64,000 bases of DNA, taken from positions 1,125 to 65,124 of the forward strand of contig DBFVGT010000010.1 in the NCBI GenBank assembly GCA_048524725.1, read 5' to 3'. Shown one piece after another: positions 54,990-64,000 of the stretch. How positions within the stretch are numbered: the stretch's first letter is position 1; every line of letters starts with the position of its first letter. The position numbers were made by a program, and so were the translations under genes. The DNA comes from Collinsella sp. GTDB lineage: Bacteria; Actinomycetota; Coriobacteriia; Coriobacteriales; Coriobacteriaceae. The notes under the pieces are model-generated. The model had not been told where the DNA came from, did not search any database, and worked only from the letters and a program-made list of their open reading frames with translations.

Positions 54990-57644
54990 GTGGCGGTCAC
55001 TTACAAGGGGCTTGTTATCAAGTTCGGCGGCGACACTACCGAGCTGCAAAGCGCCCTGAAGAAGGTTCAGCAAGCATCGCGCGACACCCAAAGCGACTTG
55101 CGCGATATCAACAAGGCGCTGAAGTTCGACCCCGGAAACACCGAGCTGCTAGAGCAGAAAGTAAAGGCGCTCAACTCTGCCTACGGCGAGACGAAGCAGA
55201 AGCTTGACGCTTACAAGCAAGCGCTCGCGCAGTTGGAGAGCAAGAAGCAGAGCGGCGCGCAGCTCACGGCTCATGAAGAACGGCAGTACGACAGCCTGAA
55301 GCGCGCGATCATGCAGTGCGAGCGCCAGCTTGACAGCTACGGCAGCGAGCTTGCGGACACGGCGCGCGAAGCGGACGCATCGCGCACGGCGCTTTACAAG
55401 GTCGGCCAGACCATCGAGGACAACGCCGACAAGCTTTCAAACGCCGGGTCTAAGATTTCGAGCGCGGGAACGGCGCTCTCTGGCGGCATCATCGGCGCTG
55501 CTGGCGCGCTTACCGGCCTTGCGTCTAGCCAAGAGGAAGCGATACAGCGCAGCGGTCAGCTCGAAGTTGCGTTCACTCAGGCGGGTAGCACCGCCGAGAC
55601 GGCGCAAAGCGTCTATTCGAGTTTCTACCGCATCCTTGGCGAGGAAGACACCGCGACAGAAGCGGCGCAGAACTTGGCGCGCCTGACCACAAACGAGCAA
55701 GAGCTTCAACAGTGGACAGACATTGCCGCTGGCGCTTTTGCGGTGTTCGGTGACGCCCTACCTATCACCAATCTTGCCGAGGGTGCCCAAGAAGCCGCTT
55801 CCACCGGACAGGCCGTTTCTGGCCTATCCGATGCCCTCAATTGGTCGAAGATTTCCGCCGACCAGTGGAGCGCGGCGCTTTCCGGCAACTCTGACGCGCA
55901 AGCAGCGTTCAACCAAGCGATAGCAGAGGGTCAGACGAAAGAAGACGCGTTCAACGCCGCCCTCGCGTCGTGCAGTGACCAGCAAGAGCGGTCTACGCTC
56001 ATCACCGAAACGCTCAACGGGCTTCTCGGCGAAGCTGGACAGCAGTACCAAGAGACGAACAAAGACCTTCTCGCTTCGCGCGACGCGCAGAACGAGATGA
56101 ACCAGAGCATGCAGGAACTCGGCGAAGCGGCCTTGCCCGTCAAGACCGCCGTTACCGAGATCGGCACGAGCCTTCTTAACACGCTCGCGCCCGCGCTCGA
56201 AGCCGTCACGGGATGGTACAAGAACCTGTCGCCAGAGCAGCAGACGCTTGTTAACAACCTCGCTCTAGGAGCCGTCGCATTCGGCGGAGTGGCTACCGCC
56301 GCAGGTAAGACGATGGAAGCCGCAGAGGGCGTGGGAAGCGCCTTCAAGACCGCTGGCGAGCTTTGGGGCGGCGCTAAGAAGCTCATGGGCGATACGGGCT
56401 TTCTAAGCAAGATCGGAACCGGCTTCTCTAACATCGTCACCAAGGCGGGCGGTCTTGGAAGCATGCTCACCGGCACGCTCTCTAGCGGATGGACGGGCTT
56501 TACCGGCCTTATCGCCGCCCATCCTATCGGCCTTGGCGTTGCCGCCGTGTCCGCCGCCGTCGCTGGCCTTACGTGGTTCTTCACGCAGACCGAGACGGGC
56601 AAGCAGATGTGGTCTGACTTCACCGGCTGGATTTCTGAGAAGTGGCAAGCCGTGCAGGATTTCTTCGCTGGCGTGCCTGAGTTCTGGGGCGGAATCTGGG
56701 AGCAGGTCAGCACCGGCGTTTCGGATTTCTGCACAGGCGTTGGCGAGAAGTGGGAGCAGTTGAAGCAAGGCGCTTCCGACACTTGGGAGAACATCAAAAC
56801 CGGCGCTTCGAACGCTTGGAACGATCTTAAAACCAACGTCGGGAACCTCGCGCAAGGCGCGGTTGATACCGTGTCTAACTGGTGGAACAACCTAACCGGC
56901 AACACCGATTCGGCCTTCGGGCAAATCGCTTCCACGGTTCAGAACGACATGAACACCGCGAAGACCGTTGGAAGCTCTGCGGCTGGCGCTCTGCAAGCAG
57001 CGATGAACGGCGACTGGGAGACGGCGAAGAGCCAAGCGGCAAACGCCTTCAACGCTATAAAAGACAACATCGGCTCGAAGCTTGACGCTGCCGAGAGCAC
57101 GGCGGTTAGCGTCGCAGACCGCATCGGCGACAAGCTGGGATTTCCCGGCCTTGGCGCTAAGGTGCAGGGCGTGTTCGACGGCATCAGGGGCTTCATAGAG
57201 AACCCGATTGAAAGCGCGTGGAACGCGATTTCTGGCATTCCGCAGAAGATCATGAACGCCTTTGGCGGAATCAAGATCAGCATTCCGAAGCCGAAGCTTC
57301 CGCACTTCAACGTCAGTTGGAACGAGTTTGGCCCGATTTCGCTACCGAGCGTGAGCATCAGTTGGTACGCGCGCGGCGGCTACTTCGATGAGCCTTCAAT
57401 CGTCGGCGTTGGCGAAGCTGGCGGCGAGTTCATCGCGCCTGAGAAGCAGTTGCAAGGCTTCATCGAAACGTCGGTCAACCGCGCGTTCTCGCGTTTCGCC
57501 GACGCGCCGAGCCAGCCCGTTAACGTCGCCGTGACGGTTTACGCCACGGTCGCTGACGGCGTGGACGCATACGAGACAGGCCAGCAGATCGGCGCGGGCA
57601 TCGCAAGCAAGCTGAAGCAAAGGGGGGTGCCAGTTGCAACTTAG
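54990..57644 (+). CDS. Tape measure protein
   Basis: 884 aa; KGLVIKFGGDTT start; W repeats; WYARGG. Confidence 0.93.
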   Translation: MAVTYKGLVIKFGGDTTELQSALKKVQQASRDTQSDLRDINKALKFDPGNTELLEQKVKALNSAYGETKQKLDAYKQALAQLESKKQSGAQLTAHEERQYDSLKRAIMQCERQLDSYGSELADTAREADASRTALYKVGQTIEDNADKLSNAGSKISSAGTALSGGIIGAAGALTGLASSQEEAIQRSGQLEVAFTQAGSTAETAQSVYSSFYRILGEEDTATEAAQNLARLTTNEQELQQWTDIAAGAFAVFGDALPITNLAEGAQEAASTGQAVSGLSDALNWSKISADQWSAALSGNSDAQAAFNQAIAEGQTKEDAFNAALASCSDQQERSTLITETLNGLLGEAGQQYQETNKDLLASRDAQNEMNQSMQELGEAALPVKTAVTEIGTSLLNTLAPALEAVTGWYKNLSPEQQTLVNNLALGAVAFGGVATAAGKTMEAAEGVGSAFKTAGELWGGAKKLMGDTGFLSKIGTGFSNIVTKAGGLGSMLTGTLSSGWTGFTGLIAAHPIGLGVAAVSAAVAGLTWFFTQTETGKQMWSDFTGWISEKWQAVQDFFAGVPEFWGGIWEQVSTGVSDFCTGVGEKWEQLKQGASDTWENIKTGASNAWNDLKTNVGNLAQGAVDTVSNWWNNLTGNTDSAFGQIASTVQNDMNTAKTVGSSAAGALQAAMNGDWETAKSQAANAFNAIKDNIGSKLDAAESTAVSVADRIGDKLGFPGLGAKVQGVFDGIRGFIENPIESAWNAISGIPQKIMNAFGGIKISIPKPKLPHFNVSWNEFGPISLPSVSISWYARGGYFDEPSIVGVGEAGGEFIAPEKQLQGFIETSVNRAFSRFADAPSQPVNVAVTVYATVADGVDAYETGQQIGAGIASKLKQRGVPVAT

Positions 57645-58371
57645 ACGGACTAGGAACCAGCACGACCGAATCATCTTCAACGGCACCGACCTATCGAAGC
57701 TGGTTTACTGCAAGGTGCGCCGCCCCATCATGGCGACCGTCAACGCGACGTTCGAGAGCGTGCCGGGGCGGCATGGCGAGGTCTTCAAGAGCGCCTACCG
57801 TGGCGGCTACGACCTTCCCGTTGAGATTTGGCTTAGGACTGAAGACCGCCGCGAGGTCGCGGAGATGCGGCACAAGCTCGCGGCGGCTCTCTGGACTGAC
57901 GCACCCGCTCCGCTCTACCTTCCCGATGACCCGACGCGCTACCTGCTCGCAATCGTGAGCGGCAGCACCGACCTAGACGAGATCACGGACGATTGCCCTA
58001 CAACTACCGTTACGTTCCACATAGGCGACCCCGACTTTTACGGCCAGAAGCGCCGCATGGAGGTTTCGGCGGGCAACGTCTACGTCAACGCTGGCGGCAA
58101 CCGACCGGCTCATCTGAAGGTGACGGCGAAGCCCGCCGCTGGCAGCACGTGGCGGATTACGAACGTCGATACCGGCGAGTTCGTGGCTATCAATACGGTA
58201 CTCACGTCTTCAAGCACCATCAGGCTTGACATGGCGACCGAGCACGCGACGGTCAACAACCAGACCGCGCCGGTAACGATTGATTCGGATTACTTCGAGA
58301 TCAACGGGCGATGCCACCTGAACATCACCAACGGAACAGCGATTCTTGAGTGGGTGGAACGATGGCTTTAA
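57634..58371 (+). CDS. Distal tail protein (Dit-like)
   Basis: IIFNGTDLS...TFHIGDPDFYG...WVERWL; homologous to 8751-9464. Confidence 0.85.
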   Translation: MQLRRTRNQHDRIIFNGTDLSKLVYCKVRRPIMATVNATFESVPGRHGEVFKSAYRGGYDLPVEIWLRTEDRREVAEMRHKLAAALWTDAPAPLYLPDDPTRYLLAIVSGSTDLDEITDDCPTTTVTFHIGDPDFYGQKRRMEVSAGNVYVNAGGNRPAHLKVTAKPAAGSTWRITNVDTGEFVAINTVLTSSSTIRLDMATEHATVNNQTAPVTIDSDYFEINGRCHLNITNGTAILEWVERWL

Positions 58372-60524
58372 TTAGACGTATCGGCTTCACCCGCTTCAAC
58401 CGCTGGGGCGACAATCTGGGGCGGCTCACGGTGAGCGCAGCGACGCACACCGACGCGCTGGACGGAACCGACGAACTGAACATCACGTGCGCCGAAGACC
58501 TCGTGAAGGGCGACCGCGTAGTCTGGATTGACCTTCAGGGCGTGTGCCACGAACACATCGTTGACACTATCGACCGCGTACACGACGATGACGGCGCGCC
58601 AGAGACGCAAGCAGTCTGCATCAACTCCGTTAACGAGACGTGGGATGACTGGCTGGACGATAAGCGGCCTTCTGGCAGCGTGTCGGTAGCCCTCGCGTCC
58701 ATTCTCGCAGACACGCGCTGGGAGGTTGGCACGTGCGATCAGGGCGGCACCGCTTCGCGCACCTTCTACCATGAGAGCGTGCGCGAGGGGCTGGCCGGTA
58801 TCATCGAGACGTGGGGCGGCGAGCTTGAAACGCTCATCGTCCACGACGGCGCGGGAATCGTTAGCCGCCGCGTTGGCGTGCGCGCGAAGCGCGGCAACCA
58901 GAACAGCGCTAAGCGGTTCACGTGGACTAAAGACCTCGTTTCCGTCAAGCGCTCCGTTGCGAGCGACAACCCGAAAACTCGCGTCTACGGATACGGCAAG
59001 GGCGTTGAGACTGAGGGCGGCGGCTACGGTCGCCGTCTCACATTCGGCGACATAAACGGCGGCAAAGACTACGTGGAGGATGCCGAAGCTACTACCGTTT
59101 GGGGGCACCCTGACGGCGAGGGCGGCATTCTTCCCGCCGTCGCGTCATACGTCAACGAGCAGTGCGAAGATGCGGCGCAGCTCTTGCAGGAAACGCAAGA
59201 CTACCTAGAGAAGGTGAAGGAGCCGAAAGTAACCTACACCGCTTCGGTTATCGACCTATACGCGTTCGGGCGCTCGTGGGAGGGCGTGGGCGTTGGCGAT
59301 GACGTAGCGATCATCGACAAGGGCTTTTCTTCCGAGGGTGTGCGACTTCATGGCCGCGTGTCTCAGATTGAGCGAGACTTGCTCACCGGCGACGCGACCG
59401 TGACGTTCGGCACCCTTACTGACAACATGGCCGACATGTGGCAGAGCGTGAGCAACGCGTTAAAGAGCAACAGCCAACAGAACGCAATCTATGACGCTGC
59501 GGCGGGCACGTCGGTTTCGTGGCTTCAGCAGCTTCAGGCCGCGCTAAACGCTCAGTTCAACGCTGTTGGAACCTACAAGGTCGAGACATTCGAGCTTGGC
59601 ACGATGTGGAGCAACGTACCCATCGACGCTGAAACGGGCTTGCCGGTCAAAGCGACTTCGGGCATGTGGGCTGTCAACATTAACGGTATGGGCATGCGAC
59701 TTGCCGCGAACCTCACCTCTGACGGTCAATGGGACTGGCGAACCTTCCTGACCGGCTCTATGGTGAGCGCCGACGCGATCAACACGGGTACCATGAGAGC
59801 CGAGCGCGTGCGCGCCGGTCTTCTGACCGACGAGAAGGGAAACAACTTCTGGGACTTGACCAGCGGCGAGTTCTCGCTTTCCGCAAGCGCCGAGGTTGGC
59901 GGCAAGACCGTTCAGGAAATCGCCGACGATGCGGCAAGCTCAGCCGTTGATGCTCAGACGCAACGCGACATATTCAACAAGCTGACCAACAACGGTCAGA
60001 CACAGGGAATCTATCTCAGCGGGGGCAAAGTCTATATCAATGCCACCTACATTGAAACGGGCATCATCAGCGACAGATACGGTCGCAGCACGTGGAACCT
60101 CAATACCGGTTCGCTCACGACAAACTACATGACGGCAAACAACATCGACGCTAACGGTACGTTCGAATGCGGCTCGGCTTCCAACCTTATACGTCTCACA
60201 AGTGGTGAGATTACAGGCCATGAGGACGGCACACAGATTGGGTGCATTGACTTTTCGGCACATATGCGAAACGTGAGCACCGGCAAGCTAACAACCGGCC
60301 TTCAGTTGACGGGAAACCAGCATATACGAATCACCACGCCGCTTATTTCCGCCGCTGCATCTAGCAGCGAGAGCACCACGACAACGCATGCAATCACGAA
60401 AGATTGCACGCTGCACTACATCAGCAAGATTCAGGATGACGGCGACGGCACGATTACATGGTGGAACGCAACGCGAAGCATCGACTTTGTAGACGGCTTC
60501 TGCACGGTATGCAACTTCGACTAG
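58362..60524 (+). CDS. Tail tip/minor structural protein (Tal/endopeptidase-like)
   Basis: KRFTWTKDLVSVKRSV...VYGYGKG; homologous to 6199-8751. Confidence 0.85.
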   Translation: MALIRRIGFTRFNRWGDNLGRLTVSAATHTDALDGTDELNITCAEDLVKGDRVVWIDLQGVCHEHIVDTIDRVHDDDGAPETQAVCINSVNETWDDWLDDKRPSGSVSVALASILADTRWEVGTCDQGGTASRTFYHESVREGLAGIIETWGGELETLIVHDGAGIVSRRVGVRAKRGNQNSAKRFTWTKDLVSVKRSVASDNPKTRVYGYGKGVETEGGGYGRRLTFGDINGGKDYVEDAEATTVWGHPDGEGGILPAVASYVNEQCEDAAQLLQETQDYLEKVKEPKVTYTASVIDLYAFGRSWEGVGVGDDVAIIDKGFSSEGVRLHGRVSQIERDLLTGDATVTFGTLTDNMADMWQSVSNALKSNSQQNAIYDAAAGTSVSWLQQLQAALNAQFNAVGTYKVETFELGTMWSNVPIDAETGLPVKATSGMWAVNINGMGMRLAANLTSDGQWDWRTFLTGSMVSADAINTGTMRAERVRAGLLTDEKGNNFWDLTSGEFSLSASAEVGGKTVQEIADDAASSAVDAQTQRDIFNKLTNNGQTQGIYLSGGKVYINATYIETGIISDRYGRSTWNLNTGSLTTNYMTANNIDANGTFECGSASNLIRLTSGEITGHEDGTQIGCIDFSAHMRNVSTGKLTTGLQLTGNQHIRITTPLISAAASSSESTTTTHAITKDCTLHYISKIQDDGDGTITWWNATRSIDFVDGFCTVCNFD

Positions 60525-60532
60525 GAGGAACG

Positions 60533-60934
60533 ATGAGCAAGACCCTTTATCACATGCTGCACGACCCGATAGGCAACTGCGAAGCGATGGTGACCGAATA
60601 CGACGAAGAGCTTATCAACCGAGCTGCGAACAACGGAATGATTTTCATTGCAGTTGACGAAGACGGAAACCGAACCGTCGTGCAGCCGGAAGACGTGAAG
60701 GAGCCAATCAACGACGATCAGCCCTTCACGCTCGTTCAGCCCTTGTACGTCGATGACCGCATGAAGGCGGTTGTCGATGTGTTCGACGCTCTGGCCGCGA
60801 GCGTGCCAGCCGTCGCCGCGAGCGCGGACGTGCAGCCCGTGTCTAGCAAGGCGCGATCTGCTATGAGCTTCGCCGACGCGCTCGAAGCCCTCCGCGCGCT
60901 CGCTTACGGAACCGGCGAGGAAGGCGGCGAGTGA
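60533..60934 (+). CDS. Hypothetical tail protein
   Basis: AGGAGG RBS; 133 aa. Confidence 0.65.
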   Translation: MSKTLYHMLHDPIGNCEAMVTEYDEELINRAANNGMIFIAVDEDGNRTVVQPEDVKEPINDDQPFTLVQPLYVDDRMKAVVDVFDALAASVPAVAASADVQPVSSKARSAMSFADALEALRALAYGTGEEGGE

Positions 60935-61935
60935 TGAGCAACACACGGACGCTTGAACTCGATATCTCGAAGGAGGGCGCGGGAACTTGCATCAAGGTTG
61001 GTCAGGGCGACGATGGCGGAACCACCATCAAGGCGCTTATCTATGACAACGGCGCTGAGTTCTCGCTGTCCGGCGCTACGGCATGGCTTGTCGTGCTGCT
61101 TCCTAACAAACGCAACTACTATCGCGGCCAATGCTCGGTGAGCGGAAACGCCGCCACGATCACGGTTGACGAATCGAAGCTTTGCAGCGTGTCCGGCTAC
61201 ACCGACGAAGCCTATTTCACTATCACGAAGAGCGGCAAGACCTATTCGACTGAGCGCTTCGCAATAGAAATCCTGCGCAGCGCTCTTGACGGGCAGCAGC
61301 CCGCGCAGAACTGGGACGATGCCGTTCAAGACCTCATCGACCGTGGAGAGACGGCGGTAAAGAACGCAAACAGCGCGGCGAGCGCGGCGAGCAGCGCCGC
61401 TGGCAAGGCCAACACGGCGGCTAGCACCGCGAACAGCGCGGCTACGAACGCGAACAACGCGGCTGATGCCGCCAACACCGCCGCATCTGCCGCCAACACG
61501 GCTAAGCAGAACGCCGACGCTGCGACCACGGCTGCGAACACCGCCGCATCTGCCGCCAACACGGCTAAGCAGAACGCCGACAAGGCGACCGCAAGCGCCA
61601 ACGCCGCCGCGAGTGCGGCTAACACCGCTGCCGCGAGCGCGAACGCCGCTGCGGCGACTGCAAACGGCGCGGCAGAGGATGCCACCGCCGCAGCGCAGAA
61701 CGCGCTTAACATCGCAAACTCTATCGCGGCTATCGAACCGCCGTCAGATGACGAGGTGCAAGAGCTGCGCGACGAGAACGCGACGCTTGCGACAGCCCTT
61801 GTCGAGCTTCAGGACGGCTACATAGTCCTTGGAGAAACGGCGTACATGCCCACAAACAGACGAAGCGCCCTATCCGGCGAGACGATCACGGTTGCGCAAG
61901 CCACCGTGAGCGGCGAGACGGCGACGCTCAACTAA
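60934..61935 (+). CDS. BppU-like baseplate protein with Ala/Asn heptad stalk
   Basis: IKVGQGDDGGTTIKALIYD; AANTAAS heptad repeats. Confidence 0.75.
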   Translation: MSNTRTLELDISKEGAGTCIKVGQGDDGGTTIKALIYDNGAEFSLSGATAWLVVLLPNKRNYYRGQCSVSGNAATITVDESKLCSVSGYTDEAYFTITKSGKTYSTERFAIEILRSALDGQQPAQNWDDAVQDLIDRGETAVKNANSAASAASSAAGKANTAASTANSAATNANNAADAANTAASAANTAKQNADAATTAANTAASAANTAKQNADKATASANAAASAANTAAASANAAAATANGAAEDATAAAQNALNIANSIAAIEPPSDDEVQELRDENATLATALVELQDGYIVLGETAYMPTNRRSALSGETITVAQATVSGETATLN

Positions 61936-61950
61936 GAAGGGAGACTATCA

Positions 61951-62853
61951 ATGGCTGATTTGTCGAAGTTTTCTATCAATGGCACAGCGTACAACCTGAA
62001 GGACACTTCAGCGCAGAGCAAGGCCGATTCTGTCACGACCGCCGAGGAATACGACCGCCAGCACAACATCAACGCTTACGCGGGGCGCTCGCTCGCTTCG
62101 GTCTTCGCTAACGAGATCGGAAGCACCGATATTTACACGTGGCTTCGAAACCGCGCGCGAAACGCCAACTTCGCCGGTCTGCGCATCGGCGACTACATCG
62201 ACGTTCCCGTTGCCGAGGGCGCTAACGTGCCCGCGCAGACGGTGCGCTACCGCATCGGCGCTATCGACCAGTATTACCAGTGCGGCGACACCGCGAAGGG
62301 GCATCATATCGTGATGGTGCCGAAAGCGCCCGTCACCGTGAAGGGCGACAAGGCATCCAACACGAGCTACCTTCAGTGGCGCGAGACGAACGACAACAAC
62401 GGCACCGCCGAAGAGAAGCACCCATACTTGTGCTCGAAGCTCCACGATTGGGAGATCAACGATTTCTTGCCCGCGCTGCCGTCCACGCTTCAGAGCGCCA
62501 TTCTCGCGCAGCGCGTGCTTCTCGAAGAGCGCTATTCGTCTTCGGGAAAGCTCACCGAAGCGAGCGGTTGGAGCTGGGCGGACTTGGGCAAGATTTGGTC
62601 GCCCTCAGAGATGGAGGTTTACGGGTGCCCGGTCTGGGGAAGCAAGGGCTACTCTGTCGGCTTCGATTCGCAGTTCCCCATCTTCACGGACACCGCAAGC
62701 CGCATCGTGGGCGGTCGCGTCCGTTGGTGGCTGCGGTCGGTCATGGGCGGGTCTTCGTCTGGCGCGTGCCATGTCAGCGGCAGCGGCACTGCCAACTACA
62801 CTGCTCCGACGAGCGACTGGGTGCGCCCGCTGCCGTGCTTCCTCCTAGGCTGA
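61951..62853 (+). CDS. DGR target protein, putative receptor-binding protein
   Basis: Homologous to 4030-4938 (QRVLLEERYS, SEMEVYGCPVWG.KGYSVGFD); C-terminal VR. Confidence 0.9.
   Translation: MADLSKFSINGTAYNLKDTSAQSKADSVTTAEEYDRQHNINAYAGRSLASVFANEIGSTDIYTWLRNRARNANFAGLRIGDYIDVPVAEGANVPAQTVRYRIGAIDQYYQCGDTAKGHHIVMVPKAPVTVKGDKASNTSYLQWRETNDNNGTAEEKHPYLCSKLHDWEINDFLPALPSTLQSAILAQRVLLEERYSSSGKLTEASGWSWADLGKIWSPSEMEVYGCPVWGSKGYSVGFDSQFPIFTDTASRIVGGRVRWWLRSVMGGSSSGACHVSGSGTANYTAPTSDWVRPLPCFLLG
62715..62842 (+). repeat. DGR variable repeat VR (phage R)
   Basis: Aligns gap-free to TR 63415-63542. Confidence 0.97.
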
Positions 62854-62974
62854 TAAAATCAGCCGTACATGGTACAGGTCTGGCGCATGCCTTGCGCATG
62901 CGCCTATACTTCCCCGCACGAAGCGCGGGCGAAGTATTTTTTTGAAAATCACGGAGGGGGGGGGATGTTGCAAA

Positions 62975-63385
62975 TTGAGCGGCGTATATGTGCGGAACCG
63001 CAACCTAAGCACGTTCGAGTATTTCAACACTGCGGTTTCGATTCGAAACGAAGTGACGCGGCTTGTCACTTCGGGCGCGGTGCCCAAATCCTATCGCTTC
63101 ATCTTCGCCGTCCCCATGGCGGAGACGGCGCGAAGCGTGGTGTTCAACCTCGTGAAGGCTGATGCCTTCTACCCGAACACACAGCGGAACGTCGAGGAAC
63201 GCAAGCATTACATGACGCTTGCCTTGGCAGACCTAAACCAGCTTTACCAAGACCTGCAATGCCTTCTGGCGATGAAGCTACCCGTCAAGGTGGCTAAGTT
63301 CGAAGAGATCTCAGAGAGCATAGAGAACGATATAAAGCTCATAAAGGGCGCTCGCGCGGGCGTGAAGCTCATTGGAAAGGGGTAG
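62975..63385 (+). CDS. avd: DGR accessory variability determinant (Avd-like); TTG start inferred
   Basis: LSGVYVRNRNLSTFEYF aligns with phage L MSGVYQRNREVSEYKFF. Confidence 0.8.
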   Translation: MSGVYVRNRNLSTFEYFNTAVSIRNEVTRLVTSGAVPKSYRFIFAVPMAETARSVVFNLVKADAFYPNTQRNVEERKHYMTLALADLNQLYQDLQCLLAMKLPVKVAKFEEISESIENDIKLIKGARAGVKLIGKG

Positions 63386-63414
63386 AATGTTCGCGCGTTG
63401 TCCCTTGGAAATCA

Positions 63415-63542
63415 TCGCGTCAATTGGTGGCTGCGGTCGGTCATGGGCGGGTCTTCGTCTAGCGCGTGCAATGTCAACAGCAACGGCAATGCCAACAACA
63501 ATGCTCCGACGAACGACTGGGTGCGCCCGCTGCCGTGATTCC
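63415..63542 (+). repeat. DGR template repeat TR (phage R)
   Basis: 128 nt; 12 mismatches to VR, all at TR adenines; 9 AAY codons. Confidence 0.97.
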
Positions 63543-63753
63543 CAAGCATTGCCAGACCGTGCGGCCGGAAGCGCCGCGCGCCGTGCATTTGAGGAAGGAA
63601 GGGGCGACCATCGGGCGAAAGCCCGTAAATATGCACCCCGCGACGGTTGCCGTTCGCTGCTTGCATGGCGCGGTTCTCGGCGTTCGACCGCGTTTCATGG
63701 TCAACCGTCAAGCGGCTGCTGGATGCCGATTGCGAGCCGCGCGGGGTGCCCTC

Positions 63754-64000
63754 ATGAACTCTGAAGAGCGCAGGGCTGCGCGGCGCGCAAGGCGCGATGC
63801 CAAGCGCGCGGAGAACCGGGCTAAGCGCATCGAGGGCTGCACGCTGGAAGCCGTCGCCGATCTCGATAACCTATACGATGCCGCCAACGGCGCTGCCGCT
63901 GGCGTGCGCTGGAAATCGAGCGTTCAGCGCTACATGGCGCGCGTCATCCCAAACATCATGAGAGCTAGGCGCGACCTTCTCACGGGCGCTGACTTCCGGC
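63754..64000 (+). CDS. DGR reverse transcriptase (phage R), 5' part, truncated by window edge
   Basis: MNSEERRAARR...CTLEAVADLDNL...GVRWKSSVQRYM...RRDLL aligns with the phage L RT N-terminus. Confidence 0.9.
   Translation, partial: MNSEERRAARRARRDAKRAENRAKRIEGCTLEAVADLDNLYDAANGAAAGVRWKSSVQRYMARVIPNIMRARRDLLTGADFR

Larger units (their letters stand above)
35317..64000 (+). mobile_element. Prophage R (siphovirus, HK97-like head, carries a DGR); right end outside window
   Basis: Integrase-repressor/cro-replication-HNH-terminase-portal-protease-capsid-tail-DGR on the plus strand; visibly more A/T at third codon positions than phage L. Confidence 0.95.

Overview
The window holds two different temperate siphophage genomes from a high-GC Actinomycetota host. 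The host is probably Coriobacteriia, which is an inference from GC content, an mIHF homologue and gene content. The two genomes are joined integrase-to-integrase at ~35.3 kb, with no host DNA visible. Phage L (1-~35316, mostly minus strand) has a PBSX-terminase/SPP1-like head, a MuF-type minor head protein with a JAB-like C-terminal domain, tail, lysis genes and a complete diversity-generating retroelement (DGR). Phage R (~35317-64000, mostly plus strand) has an HK97-like head, tRNA-Ser(GCT), a second (tyrosine) recombinase, mIHF, dUTPase, and a second, homologous DGR whose RT runs off the right edge. Both TR/VR pairs differ only at TR adenines (11/129 and 12/128 positions). Comparing the two DGRs shows co-varying cis elements. 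The junction is an attP-like inverted repeat around a tmRNA/tRNA-Ala-like 3' end, and both serine integrase ORFs read through it. Phage L also carries a recurrent GGCGACAY-N6-(G/T)ANNNT motif ahead of late genes. Product names come from motif recognition and gene order, not from database searches.
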